Shown: one piece after another, positions 35,729 to 50,402 of the stretch
Layout of the letters: every line of letters starts with the position of its first letter
Position numbering within the stretch: position 1 is the stretch's first letter
DNA from: Octopus vulgaris
Taxonomy: Eukaryota
Assembly (NCBI GenBank): GCA_951406725.2
Contig: OX597814.1
Coordinates: 62,310,001 to 62,374,000 of the forward strand
Direction of reading: 5' to 3'
DNA length: 64,000 nucleotides
The notes under the pieces: model-generated
Database searches by the model: none
The model's input: only the letters and a program-made list of their open reading frames with translations
What the model was told of the DNA's origin: nothing
Made by a program: the position numbers and the translations under genes

Positions 35729-36369
35729 CATCTATGTATTACTCCTTTTCCTTCACTGTCTTCCTCTGCACTCCCTTTCTCACATCACTCTTTCCCTTCC
35801 AGTACTCTCTCTTCTACCATCTGACCCCCCTCTTATTTCCCTTTTCCCCCATCATATCAGTTATGCTGTTTTTATTGAACCTTCATATCAACAACCAGCA
35901 AGGCACTATCTGTTACCCTCTTACTTCCTTTAATCCTACATATTAACCTTTTCTTTCTATCTCTCTGGTCCTCTTTCATTACTCTCCCTATTAACACTTT
36001 CTTACTCTTGACTTCTTTCATTATACTTTCTTCTAGCTACTGGGGATAGGACAACCTTTTGGTAGTGGTGGGCAAATGAAGAGAGACAATGTAGGATAGT
36101 AAGGATTATTTAGTCTTGCCATTCTTTCTATTACTGAAGTCATGATAAAGTGCAGCTGGTACAAGTGGTTGGCAAGAGGAAATGTATCCAGCCATGGAAA
36201 ACATGTTGGTAATGAATGTGGAAACCATCCTATTCATTTCTGCATTGAAAAGTGGATGTAAAACTGATGATGTTGATAATAATGATAACAATAATGTGAT
36301 GATGAGCATGCACGCATGCATGCGCACACACATACACACACACACACGTGTGTATGTCAACAAATGAGA

Positions 36370-36990
36370 ACAAAAACAAATTAAAACGACGTACTCACAG
36401 AAAAACAGTTCATACATTCAACTAGATATGTCACAGTAACAGGTCTTTCAATGAAACCATCCTCAGCCCACTGTAGCCCCAGAAACAACTGCACACCAGG
36501 ATCAAGTGTCCCATGCCCACAATGTCAGTCTTGCCAAGGAATCTTTGGCATGTGGGATTGGTGGCCCATATTTTTCACCCCAACAATGCCACAGATGCAG
36601 CAATCCAAGGTATTCAAATCAAGAAAGCTAGAAGAGCACATGGTGTTAGGTGTCACATGATCATGTGATCAGGTTTTTCTTGGGTCTTTCCAGGTACAGA
36701 CTGCATTCTCCTTGTCACATAGGACTTGTATCCGATGTCATCATGCACCACGCCTCTGATTGTGGATCTTGCCACCTTGAACTGCTTGGTGAGGACTCTC
36801 ATGAAGCTGTTCGGGTTGTCATTGATAATGTCCTAAAATCTGATGGATAGACTTGGATGTCATGATAATGTCCTGTTGAAAATGTTTCTCTTGACCATAG
36901 ATAACATGTTCCTGTCAGAGGTCTCCATGTCTCAGAAACTGGCACCTTCAGAGTCACAGTAGCTGACAGCTAGAGCCATGAACATGGTGT
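36370..36990 (-). mobile_element. Tc1/mariner-superfamily transposase remnant
   Basis: Minus strand DIINDNPNSFMRVLTKQFKVARSTIRGVVHDDIGYKSY (HTH) plus LNTLD and EDGFIE C-terminal remnants. Confidence 0.55.
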
Positions 36991-38380
36991 ACATTTACAT
37001 TTTCTCTGTGAGATTGACATCCTCTACATTAATGCTGTTTATGTTTGATAAAAAATAAAGTGAAGAATTAAAATTCTTGTAACTTTATCTGTGATTATTC
37101 AAGGATATCATTGTTGACAAGAAAATCAAATCAGTGGAGCAGACTCTATATTGTTAGTTGATTTACTAGAAATAGTAAAATCACCCTCAAATCACCCACT
37201 TCTGTATTAGAAGGGGTCAAGTTGAATATGTTCCTGGGTTCTCTGCACATAGGAAAAATACTGAAAGGTTAAGATTGGTATGTTTTTAAACCTAGTCATA
37301 AACTGTGTAAAGCTTTAGTCTATTTATAGTAGAGGGTCAGATAAGGTAAACCAGAAGAGATCAGATAGCAACCATCTGTATATTGGAAGGCTTTACTGTG
37401 TCAATAGGAGTATTGAGGTCAAACTAAGTTGAGAGGGGAACTAGCTGCTGTTTATAATTATAATTATGTAGGTAAGTTCTAGATGTGTATTTTCAGTATG
37501 TTATTATGTCTAGGCTCTTGTGACTATTACAAAATTCATAAAATGCACTTTACAAAAATGAGAAGAATGGAAAAGTATACTACTTTCTATGAAAGTATTG
37601 TGACCTCTTGTTTCTTGAATCTTGAATTTCTGTAAAACTGTTTTTAATGTCACTAGTCTGGTGCAAGTGTTTAAAATAGCCTAACAGAGTTACATGATGC
37701 TAAAGGTTTCTTTTGATCCTTGTTTGTGTAATTCTATAGTTATTCAGGAATGATTTTGAAGAATTATGAAAGCTTTGTTGGCATGGAAAAAGTACAAAAG
37801 AATTTAATACGGGTAGTGGTGATTGGTGGATGTAGCTTGAAGTAGCTCATGGGGAACAAAATGGAGTGCAACATTAATGCTGATCTTCATTTTACCTTCA
37901 AGAGTTGACTGAAGTATGTTTACACCTGTTAATGATAATGGTGGTAGTTATGATGATGCTTGCTGCTGCTTAGTTGTCTCTAGCTTGTCATGCCTATTAT
38001 TTTCATTTATTTCTTTTTTGTTTAGGTTGTGCATTCTACTTTAGCCCTGGGCCTACCGAAGCTTTCTGAGTGGGTTTGGTAGATGGAAACTGAAAGAACT
38101 CTGTTGTATATACATGTGTGTGTGTATGTGTTTGAACCCTTGCCAAGACATCACATGATGGTTGTAAATCATTATCATCTTCATCACACAACGAGGTTTT
38201 TCTTTTCCTGTTTTCAATGAAAAACATGTATAGCTGTTGGGAAAATAATACTTTGCCTGGAGGTGAGGGTTATCAACCAAAAAGGGCATCTGGCTGTAGA
38301 AAATCTGCCTCAAGTTCTGTCTAACCCATGCAAACATAGAAAAATGGACGTTAAATGATAATGATGAACTTCTTTTTTAA

Positions 38381-38728
38381 CCCTTTTGTTACTTTATTTC
38401 TGTTGATATATAATGCTCTTGTTTCAGTTAATTTAGTACAATAAATTCCTCCTTATTAAACTGGCATCTGGAAAATATTAACATAAAATTTTAATGGAAG
38501 ATTTTAATTTAGATCATTTTAATCCTTTAGCATTCAAATTATTGTCAAAGGTAATGCTTATTCAGTTACTCTGTTTTAAATTAATCGTGCATTATCTTGT
38601 AGCTTCAAGATTTCGATTGTGTGGTTGCATAACAAGTAAAATATTTAGGTTTAAATGCTGAAGGGTTAAAACAGTAAGTTTGTGTCATAGAACCAGGGGT
38701 GGTCTCAGGTGGGTTGGAATCGAAAGGG
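38381..38728. mobile_element. piggyBac-type MITE containing a second piggyBac-type MITE (38523-38665)
   Basis: ttaa-cccttt ... aaaggg-ttta outer ends; inner ttaa-tcctttagcatt ... aatgctgaaggg-ttaa. Confidence 0.65.
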
Positions 38729-39077
38729 TTTAGTAGATTGTCTTCAGAAATTGCAGAAGCTACATCTCTCAAAAATAGAATATTATGAACTGGTTAGGAG
38801 ACTAAGTATGTAGTTTCTACATTTGCTCAAGGTAAGAACAAAATATAGCACTTTTAACATGTAGGCCACACTTCAGATAGCATACCTACACTATTTAGAT
38901 GATTGGTCAACTAGAATTTTCATCAGATGCAGGTTTAAAGCCCTAACTAATGTGCTGGAACTGATTTTTATGGGGTGCTGGACCCTCTAGATTGTTTGTT
39001 GGACTTTTACCTTTGTATGATAAATTGGTTGAAACACAACTGCTCAGTGAAACTATTCCAACAACAAAATCAATGGG

Positions 39078-39138
<61 letters not shown>

Positions 39139-40039
39139 CAATAATGGGCTGCAAGGTTAGAATTTATGATAAATGTTCATGTTTGTTTGACTATAGAGGG
39201 CAGCAATCCTTTCAAGGCCAATTCCACATTTAAAAAAAAAATCATTGTCCTCTTTTCCAGAAGGTGCAATTTGCAATCGATGTAGGAAGAATTTATTTAT
39301 TTTGCTAATGAGACTGTCACATTAAAACAATGAGTTGAGATTGTTTGGCCTATCAAACTGTCTTGCTATTCATTTGTCTATGTTGCTCTTTAGTTTGAAC
39401 AGTATTTATCTATGTGATGGTGTGGGTAGTGATGGGGGTCCTGGTTGTGTGTGTGTGTGTGTGTGTACAGAGGTGTATGCTTGTTAGAGCTGCTTGTGTT
39501 TGTGTTCATGTATTTTACAACTACTATAGACATCCAGGATAACTTTTGTTGTGTATGTCTTGCAGTCATTACATTATGTGTATGTGTGTATACTTGTATA
39601 TGTGTTGCTGTTTCTCTGTGCTTGTGTATATCGACCATATTGCTGTGTGTGATATGTTATATGTTAAGCTGCTGTTCTTTCAGTAATGTTGTTGCTCATT
39701 CATTTTCAGCGAGCATTTGTCTGAGCATGCTGTTATTTCATGTTCAGTCTTCAAATAGTATGGTGGAGACTAGTTTCAGTGATGATTCTTGAAGTGTTTT
39801 CTCTGTCAGTTTGTATCTGTCTCTTTCCACACTCATCACAAATGCAACATGAGTCTAACACATACATACACATCCATCTGCCTATCTATCTCATTCTCTC
39901 ATATACACACATGCATATACGCACATGTGTGTGTATGTGTGATATGTGTGCAAATAATCCAGTTATATATATATTTTTATATATATATATATACATATTC
40001 TTGCAGATATACACTCAAATCTGTAATATATGTATGCAT

Positions 40040-40085
<46 letters not shown>

Positions 40086-43000
40086 CCATTCTCCTTTGCC
40101 CAGCTTTTTACAATTAGATACACAGACATCCTAATTACAAATATCCCACAACTTATACACACATACTCCATGCAGCCATAACACCAATAATATAGTCACT
40201 CACTCTCTCTTTTTCACCCAGAATGCATGTACATAATCTCGTCTTATAGGCCATTTTAGATGCTAACACATACATGCACTAATTGCAAACACATGTGCAT
40301 ACATAAGGCCTTATGCATTTTCATTAGCCACACATATATTCAGCTGCTTATGCATACACAAATAGAAAAGCATATCACATATACCATACAACCTACTCCA
40401 CTTGCACACTTGCATATCTGTTCTGCAGTATATACACCCTGTACATACATATATGCACAAGAAAATATACATTACACACTCCTTGCTTGAACATTCCATC
40501 ATGCAATTCATTACTCTATCTTCCTATCACCCTTATATTTCTCTCTATATCTCTCTACCTTCTCACTTCCTTTATTGCTTTCTCTTCCTCTTATATCTCT
40601 CACCCCATTTCTGATTCCCCTAACTCAATCCTTTCCTCCTCCTTCTTTATATTCCTATCTTTCTCTTGCCCTCTTTCTATCTCTCTGTCCCCACTTCTTT
40701 TTATAATAGGTCAGTTTTCCCCACTTCTTTGGCAGTGCAATGAAGTTATCCAAATTTAGATTTCCTGTTTGTCTTCTGTCATTTATGCCACTCTATTCTT
40801 CATTGATCTTAAATCCAAACAAACATTTTTTTCCCTTTCTTCAGCCATTTCAAACAAGAAATACTTGTTAAAAATAAAATAAAAATTAAAGAAAAAATAT
40901 AGGCAAATAAATTACTACATTCGTTAGATTTTTATTTAACATGCATATTTTTTAGTGAACACCAAAGAAGTGAACTAGAAAATGCATTGTAAACTTCATC
41001 TTATATAATCATCAAGAGAATGGGGCTAGGAGAGATATATCATTGAAGCAGCTAAATGTTCTCCATCTTTCATATAAGAAGTTGTAGGAAATAAAGTAAC
41101 AATTAAAACAAAAATCTGAAAGGAAGGGATAGTAAATAAATTTCTATTTTTATTGCATTTTAAAACTCAATTCTTTTTAGACAGTCAAACTTATTTACCT
41201 CCTAGCCCTCGAGGAAGAGTGTTAAAAATGGAATTCAAAAGTAGGTTGAATTGTGTGTTGTTGGAATCGTTTCAGGTGCTGTCAGAGAAATGTGATATAA
41301 GAAATTGTATAAATGACAAATGTTTTGTTAAATTTCAGCAATTAGATCAAATTCTTCTTTGGGTTATTCCTATAGTAGACTAGACTAGTGCCCTACTTTC
41401 ATGAAGTATCTCTCTCAGTCATTCAAATTTTTGAAATCTGAGAGAAGTTTCAACATTATCTCTCAGAAATAGAAGTTGGTTATAAGTGGGAAGGAATAAG
41501 GAATGGGTGGAGCAGAATATAAAAATAATGATAGTGACAAGCTGGTGTTGGTGGTAGCAGTAGTAGTAGCAATGGTAGTGGTGGACTGGGTGATTATCAG
41601 TGAGCACTTGGTCAATGATGGCTGAACTTCTCAATAACTAGATGGGGAATAATGCAAGCCTGTTCTTCTGAACATGCAACATAAATCTGAAAGATTGAAC
41701 ATTATAGAAGATCTATGACAGAATAGTTATCAGAAATATCATGTAATGTATGAGAGAATGGGAAAGGGATGATGGCTTGGACAAGTGATGAAAGTGCTTG
41801 GTCATATATTATGGTGAAAGCTAATTGTTGATGGTAGCTAAGATAGGATTTGGTTCAAATGATAAAACAAGAGGGAAGGGTTAGGTAAGGTATGGAAGAA
41901 GACATCCACTGAATAATTAACTAAAAGAATGATGCAGTATTATAGACCAGTTAAATACATTATAAAAACTGGTTATGTTAATGATAATGCTGTCATATCC
42001 ATTGCAAAATCAATAAAGAGGTAGCAAACTCAGAAATAGATCGAAGCAATGAAAATTGTTATGTTTTTGAGGAACCTCATCTTAATTGGATAATAACTTA
42101 AAAACTAATTCTTTTACCCTCTACCCTGGTTATGTTTCTCTCCCCACCCAAAACTTGATATAAAAGTTTAAAAGAATGTATTGTAATGATAGATTGGAAT
42201 GTTCTGTGATGTTTGAAATGCCTTGCAGACAAAACATTTGAATAGTAGACTCGACAAACAGGTCTCTTTTTACAGACACACGTGCACACACATGCACGTA
42301 CACGCATACGCACACTCAAAATTCCACCCTGTTAGTTGAATATCACCAATGTTGTTGACATTCAGAACAATGAATACTAATTTTTGCAATGCCATTGGCT
42401 CTTCTTTTCCTTGTTTTGTGTGTAGTATTTTGTGTCTTGCCGGTGTTATCAACCTGAGTTATTTATTATTTTTTTCAGAAGTTTTTGTTGGTTTTTCTAT
42501 CTTGTCTGTCTTGTTAAATACTTGGTGTTTTTGTCTGTGAATAATTCTGTGCTGATATATTAATAAAGGTCAGTATGGAAACTTTCAGCTATCATTATCA
42601 TCACCACCACCACCACTATCATCATCATTATCACCACTATCATCATTGACACGATGGTCATCGTCATTACCACTACCACTGTTGTCCTCCTCGTTTTTGT
42701 GACAAATAAATGATCATTATTTTTAGAATAATGGTGTGGTAGGAAGGTAGGAATAGTAAAGTCTCAAACTAGATGCCTGCCTTTCAGATTTAGTTTCATC
42801 TATTCAAAATAGGTAAAGCACTTACCAGTAATACCAGTATATCGAGTGGTTCAACCAAATTTTCTATACATTATACATTTATGGCCTTCTGCTAATATAT
42901 GAGGATTCATTTGAAGAATTGGTAGACGAAATGTGTTGTACAAAGTGCCTTGCAGTTGTTTTTTTTATCTTCTACTTGTTTCAGTCATTAGACTGTGGCC

Positions 43001-43145
43001 ATGATAGGGTGGTGCTTTGAAGAAATTTTAGTTGAATGAATCGACCTCAGCACTTTTTTTTTTCTTTTGTTAAGCCTGGTACTTATTCTATCAGCCTCTT
43101 TTGCTGAACTGCTAAATTACAGAGAGCTAAACACATATATCTATA

Positions 43146-43188
<43 letters not shown>

Positions 43189-43682
43189 CAATAAGAAAAT
43201 GGAGGGGATCAATAGGTGGTTCATCTACTTTTAGACATTATATTATGTCAACTTATTTATTTACTAAAATGACAATTACAAGAATATACATACATGTATA
43301 ACATTATGCTTTACATATAAAAATATATTATTATATAAAAATACCATATATATATATATATATATATATACGATGAGCTTCTTTGGTTTCTGTCACGCAA
43401 ATCCACTCACAAGGCTTTAGTTGACCCAACAAGACTATAGTAGAAGATATTTACCTAAGGTGCCACACAGTGGAACTGAAATCAGAATCATGTGGTTGAG
43501 AAGCAAACTTCTTATCACACAGCCATGCTCATTACATTCTGAGTTCAAATTCTGCCAGGGTCAACTTTACCTTTCATCTTTTCAAGGTCGATAAAATAAG
43601 TATCAGTTGAGCACCAGAGTCGATGCAATCAACTATCCCTCATCTCCTAAAATTTCAAGTTGTGTGCGTATAGTAGGAAGGA

Positions 43683-44395
43683 TTCATGCAGAGTGATGAA
43701 ACCGTACTGCATACCCTCGTTCAGTGGCCAGGCATTGCTGACTTATGGGGTTATGTTGAACAGCTGCTGTTATGTGGGACAGAGCTGTTTGTCGGCTGAG
43801 TCTGTAGTGATGATAACACAACTATTCTCCTTCAATCAGGCAGGCAAGGCAGTTTTTCTTTGCCTGGTGGTTGTGGTGAAAGGTTGTTTTTGGACAAAGC
43901 TGAAAGGTATGAGGATGATACATTCCTTTTTGGTAGAGTCCTCATTGACTTCTTCCAGTTTCACTTGAATAGGAAATTGTGAGTGGAGAGGAAAGTGCTG
44001 TTCACGAGTGGGTTTATTGAAAGGTGGGTGAAAGTTGCAAAAATGGCAAGAGTAGATGGTACCTCTCTAAGTGTAGACCTGTGAGTTGGAGAGAAGGAAT
44101 TGGAGAGGACAGTTGCTCCTAGAGTTTCAAGGAAATCTCAGACAGTGGGGTTCCTTGATTAACCCTAGAGGCCTTCCTGTATCAGGAGGGCCACATCTCT
44201 ATCATTCTCCCCACCATTTTTTAATTTTTTATTTTTATCTTTCTATGCTATGCATATGCCTTTTCTTTTTCAGTGTATACCATGTATGCTGTTTTTTTTA
44301 TCATTTCATCATTATATGTAAACCCCCACACTTTATGTCTGTCTCTATATTGTCCCCCTCATCCTTCGCCCTTGTGGCAAATAAATTAAATCATC
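43683..44395 (+). mobile_element. 3' end of a decayed L1/Tx1-like LINE
   Basis: DETVLHTLVQWPGIADLW resembles the ET..H....CP....W C-terminal zinc-knuckle region; ORF end then 3' UTR ending in aataaa. Confidence 0.6.
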
Positions 44396-46395
44396 ATCAC
44401 CACCATCATCATTATCTTTATCTTTTACTGGTACCAGTCATTGGACTATGGCCATGTATGTCAGTTTCTCCTCTACCAAATCCACTCACAAGGTTTTGAT
44501 CAGCCCAGGTATGGTAGAAGACACTTGTTTAAGGTGGCATGCAGTGGAACTGAACCCAGAAACTATATGGTTGGGAAGCAAGCTTCTTAATCACACATAC
44601 ATGACTCTCTCTTTCTCTCTATATATATTTATCTATTTGTGTGTGTATGTGTGTACATTGATATTGCTGGAGCTGTGGTAACATTGTCTCCTATAGACAA
44701 AAGTGCAGCTATGCTTCTGTATGTAATGATGTGGAATAAAGTACTTTAGTTGAAAAACGAATAAGGTTTGGTATGAAGAAGGGCATCCAGCTGCAGAATA
44801 CTACCTCAAAATGTTTCTAACTCATGCTGACATTAAAAAAAAGCAGATGTAGAAACATTGCTGCTTGTGTTCCAATAGGTAGATAAATTAGTATTACTGT
44901 TTCCTTTCCACATGTGATTATATTCTTTTATTCTACACGTTTCAGTCATTTGACTGTGACCATGCTGGAGCACCACCTTAAAGGGTTGTAGTCAAAGAAA
45001 TCGACAAACACACACGCACACACATGACAGGCTTCTTTCAGTTTTTGTCTACCAAATCCACTCACATGGCTTTGGCCAGCCTGAGGCTATTGTAGAAGAC
45101 ACTTGCCCAAGGTGCCACGCAGTGGGACTGAACCCAGAACCATGAAGTTGGGAAGCAAGCTTCATACAACACAGTCATGCCTACACCTATATTAGCTCTT
45201 CCTGAGAAACTCTTCTGCCCTTGGGAAGGTTTTATTTTTAATCCTTCTGGGTATTGTTCTCATTCAATAAATTTATTGAAATGGTGCTGGTGGTTTCTAG
45301 TGATCAATCACCTAACCATGTGGCAGGTAGTACTAGGTTACATGACACCAACAGTTATTTGACTTTATCTCACTAGCAATATGTTGAAAATAATTTCTCC
45401 ACCCCTCCCCTTCTGTCACATTCATTTTTCTCTCTCTCTCTCTCTTTCTATCCCTCTCCCTTCTCTCACTTCAGGTTCTTTTTTCTACAGGTCTAGTACA
45501 ATGGCTGGATTGCTCTTTAATCTTGTTTTGGATCATTTTGCATCTGCTTTTGGCAATTGTTCTTTAGCTCTTATCAAGTAGACCACCCTTGATCAATCAA
45601 CTCTCTCATCAGAGGTGTTGCACTTGTGATGGCATCCTTTGTTCTTATTTTCAGACATAATGTACCTAGGAGTACATTATCCAATTGATCTTTTTTAAGA
45701 CAGTAGGGCTTGATTTAAGTGATATTTGGCCACTATTTCTAGCAGGTTAGATGGCTTTATTGAGGCTCCCTTGGTGGTGATGGTGTGTAGGCATTTGTTA
45801 TTACTTAACTTCAGTTGGCACTGCTTGAACAAACCTATAGAATGAAATGAGTTCCCTAAATGTGGTCTATCCCAATTTTATTGTGGTTGGGGTATTGCTA
45901 TAACTCTAGGATCTTAAAATTTGCACTGGTTCCCTTTTCCAAGAGAGTAGTGAGTTTGTTGTGTGGGAGACGTAGGTTGGCTACATTCAGTAGGTTAAGT
46001 AATTAAGTTTTATTGTTGTTTCATAAAGCCAGCAGCTGGTGAAAGTAGTAGTTTTTGATGGTGGAGATGATGATGATGGTGTTTGTGTTGCTATTGGTAA
46101 TATTGAGTTGTCCCAAATCAACTTTGCTGAAGCATTCCAATGACATATTTGCTGACCAAATATTCTAGAGCTGGGGACAACTTGAGCAAATCTCTGACAT
46201 CTAAAATATAATCTTTACAACTGCCTTTTGACCGTTACAGGACCCATTTCTCCTCATCTCCCCTATCTCCTTTCAGCATCGTTTGTATTTTAGGGGACTT
46301 AAAAAACATTTCATTACCAGACATGATTTGTACAGGTCTGTTTTTATTTGCTTACTTATTAATGTTGTTTTATTGTTTTGTGTTTATTTAACCAG

Positions 46396-46505
46396 GACAT
46401 ACTTGGAAATTGGAAAAAATGTGTTGCTTTGTGTCGGCAGAATTTAGAAAATGGGAAGAGTGTTGTGATAGACAACACAAATCCTGATAGGGAGTCACGT
46501 AAACG
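46396..46505 (+). CDS. PNKP: PNKP exon, 110 nt (DILGNWKKCVALCRQNLENGKSVVIDNTNPDRESRKR)
   Basis: aaccag acceptor, gtcagt donor; kinase VIDNTN motif. Confidence 0.95.
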
Positions 46506-46809
46506 GTCAGTTGAATTTTTATATATATGTTTGCCTGTGTATATGTATGTTGCATATACATGTATGCCATATGCATGCTCTCTCTCTCTCTCTCTTTCAC
46601 TATATTCTGTTATTTGTTTCAGTCATTAGACTGCAGCCATGCTGGAGCACCGCCTTGAAATGTTTTGGTTGAACAGTCAACCCCTGGATTTATTCTTTCA
46701 TAAGCCTAGTACTTATTCCATTGGTTTCTTTTGCCAAACTGTCAATTTATGGTGACGTAAACACACCAACATTGGTTGTCAAGCAATGGTAGAGGGACAA
46801 ACACAGACA

Positions 46810-46849
<40 letters not shown>

Positions 46850-47884
46850 TATATATATATATATGTATCTTCGACAGACTTCTTTCAGTTTCTGTCTACC
46901 AAATCTACTCATAAGGCTTTGGTTGGCCCAATGTTATAGTAGAAGACACTTGTCCAATGTGCCACACACCAATTAATTAAAGTTAATGCATTAATTGTAG
47001 TTGTAATATTGTTATACAACCAATAAATTTTAGTGAATCTTCATCTCTTTCAAACAGTTTAAGTGTTTCTGAATACTATATTCTGAACCTAAAATTGTTT
47101 TGCTCTCCACACAGTTGACCAGTATTGTGGCACAACATGTAGATAGGATAATACAGCTGTTGTTGGACATTATAAACATATTTTCAATAGCTTTCAAATA
47201 CTTAAGAATGATATTATCATTTAGAATCGTTAATTGCTTGTTATCTAACATTCTGGAATGGCCTTCACATTCTTTCAGTTCTTTAATATCATTTTGTCTC
47301 AAGTGTTTCGAAAGAAATGGGATAGAGAAATATGTTTCTTGCTTTCCATTTACCTCACATGAAAGTAGAACCAAATAGCTATCAGCTAATGTATTAAAAA
47401 CCTTTTTCCTCATTTTTATATTGTAAACTTTATTTTATTATGAAAGTGGTGAAATGGATGTGTGGATAAGATATTAGACAACTGATTCATATCTGCTGTT
47501 TGTGTAATATGTAATCCATGGGGTCTCAAAGCCATCCCACTCTCAGATATAATCCCACTCAGTTGAGCGTTCTTTCTGCTTTTCTTTCTTGCAAGTTACT
47601 TAGCAACCTCACTAGTGCAAATGTCATGAAAAAAAAAGCACCCAGCACACACTTAAGTGTGTGGTTAGTGTTAGGAAGGGAATCCAGCTATAGAAACCAT
47701 GTCAAAGTTGATATTGGGGCCTGACATAGTCCTGCTGCTTGTCAGATCCTGTCAATCCAACTCATGCCAACATGGAAAACATGCTAAATGATGATGATGA
47801 TGATGCAGAAGGTACCAGATCTGAGGACAAACTATAATAGACTGGTGTTCCATCAAGAGAATGGTTTGTCTCTTGTATGCTTAA

Positions 47885-49804
47885 CCCTTTAGCATTTAAA
47901 CCAGCCATATCTGCTCAAAATATTCTATCTGTTTTCTATTCCCACCAGCCATATCTGACCTCTCATGCCTACCTTACATTGTGATTTTAAAAATAAATAA
48001 TCACATAGCATGGAGAGAGCCTTTGACAGGGTCCCCTGATTCCTTATCTGGTGGTTAATGTAGAAACTAGGGATAGATAAGTGGTTGGTGAGAGCTGTAC
48101 AAGCCATGTACAGGGATGCTATCAGTTAGGTGAGGGCTGACAAGTACAGTGAAGAATTCTGGGTAGGAGTAGGGGTTCACCAAGGATCAGTCCACAGCCC
48201 CTCTTATTCAGCACAGTCCTCCAGGCAATAACAGAGGAATTCAAGACAGGCTACCCCTGGGAGCTCTTCTGTGCTAATGACCTTGCTCTAATAGCTGAGT
48301 CACTACCAGAACTAGAGGAGAAATTTCAGGTGTGGAAGCAAGGTCTAGAAATTGAAGGGCCTTAGAGTTAATTTAATAATAAGTAGGAAGGCAGACAAAG
48401 ATAAGTAGGAAGGCAAACTAATCACAAATCCCTTCAAGTAGATGGTCCTGCTCGATCTGTAGAAAAGGTATAGGTAGAAACTGCATAAGATGCACCCAGT
48501 GTAAGCTATGGACACAAGAGGTGCAGCTATATCTAAGGAAGTTTAACAAGGAAGATAGTTTTTGTGTGTGGCAGATGCACAGGGGCAATAAACATTGAAG
48601 ATGTACAGAAAACAGATTCCATCATATGCCAGGGGAAAAAACTAGTAGTTGATAGCTTCCATTACCTAGGTGACCAAGTCAGTAGCAGGGGAGGATGCTC
48701 TGGGAGCATAGCTGTTAGAATAAGAATAGCCTGGGCAAAGTTCAGAGAGCTCTTACTTCTGCTGGTAACAAAGAGCCTCTTGCTCAGAGTGAAAGGTAGA
48801 CTATATGATACCTGTGTGTGAACAGCCATGCTACACAGCAGTGGCAAATGGGCTGTGACTGCTAAGGACATGCATAGGCTTGCAAGAAATGAAGCTGGTA
48901 TGCTCTGCTGGATGTGCAATGTCAGTGTGCATACACTACATAAGAAGCATCAGATGTTATGTACAAGTGAGATGACTGCACTGGTATGATCATGTGTTGC
49001 ATATGGATGAGGACAGCTGTGTGAAGAAGTGTCACATCCTAACAGTGGAGGGAACCTGTGGAAGAGGTAGACCCAGGAAGATCTGGGATAAGGTGGTGAA
49101 GCATGACCTTTGAATGTTGGGTCTCATGGAGGCAATGACAAACAGCTAAAACATTTGGAGATATGCTGTGCTTGAGAAGACCTGGCAAGCCAAAAGAGAT
49201 TGTAGCTGTGGCCGATGCCAGTGTTACATAAATGGCCCATTTAAAAGTACCCTTCAATTGTTGAGCAAATATGCTGTGCTTGAGAAAACCTGTCGAGTCA
49301 AGTGAAATTGATACCAGTGCTACCTGACTGGCACTCTTGCTGGTGGCACGTAAAAGGCACCATTCGAGCGTAGCTGATGCTAGTGTCGGTGACACATAAA
49401 AGCATCATTTGAACATGGTTGATGGCAGTGCCGCCTGACTGACACCTGTGCTGGTGGCACATAAAAAGCATCATTTGAGCATGGTCGATGCCAGTGGTGC
49501 CTGACTGCCCCCCCCCCCCGCACCAGTGGCATGTAAAAACGCCCACTACACTCTCGGAGTGGTTGGTGTTAGGAAGTGCATCCAGCTGTAGAAACTTTGG
49601 CGGAACAGATTGGAGCCTGGTGCAACCTCCTGGCTTGTCAGTCCTCAGTAAAACAGTCCAACTCATGCCAGCATGGAAAGCAGATGCTAAACGATGATGA
49701 TGATGATATCAAAATCTCAAAGCTATGAAATTATTAATGATTAATTCAAACCTTTGTGAATAAATAAGCATGATATTTGACAGAATAATCTGAATGCTAA
49801 AGGG
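47885..49804. mobile_element. piggyBac-type MITE split by an RTE insertion
   Basis: TTAA on both sides, TIR ccctttagcatt; the uninterrupted junction sequence is seen in the related copy near 56820-56968. Confidence 0.75.
48008..49707 (+). mobile_element. Decayed 5'-truncated RTE LINE
   Basis: RT remnants (AFDRVP, HQGS, YLGDQVSS, RIRIAWAKFREL) with many stops; 3' UTR repeats; (GAT)n tail. Confidence 0.92.
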
Positions 49805-50358
49805 TTAAGACTGTTACAGGTTCTAGAATTAAACTCCATTGTTATGAACCTTTGTAGCAAATGTTGACATCACCTCTATATTATAGTAACTGATGTTGTT
49901 AAATGTTCAATTATTTCTGACTTTCCATTATTTTTTAATTTGCAATTCAGAGTTCCTGTGAAAAGTAAAAATTAAGAAAACCACTTTGATTTATTTTACA
50001 GCATTATGAGAAGCCTTGTTGATTGTAAATCCTACTAAATCCTCTGTAATCTCATCTTGCATTTAATTAATTCTCTATTCTAATTCAAGTTCCTCTTAAC
50101 AAGAGTTAGTATTTTTCAGCTAGTCCTATCAAGCTTGTCAAGATTTCTTAATCAAATGTTGTTGTTATTAATTGTTGTATAGTTTTCATCATCTGTGCTT
50201 TTATGGTTGACGAGTGTAGTTGGTTAAACGAAACATTTGATTAAAATTTCTTGTGGCTCGGTGGGTTAGTGGCCTCAATTTAGTGATTTGCAGTGTCAGT
50301 TAGAAACAACTCATGACAATGAATAAATACTTTGTATTATCAATTGGAATATTTGGCT

Positions 50359-50402
<44 letters not shown>

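Noticed and set aside
42820-42900. Minus-strand exon ending in gtaagt
   Set aside because: No partner exons and no recognisable protein; chance splice motifs are common.
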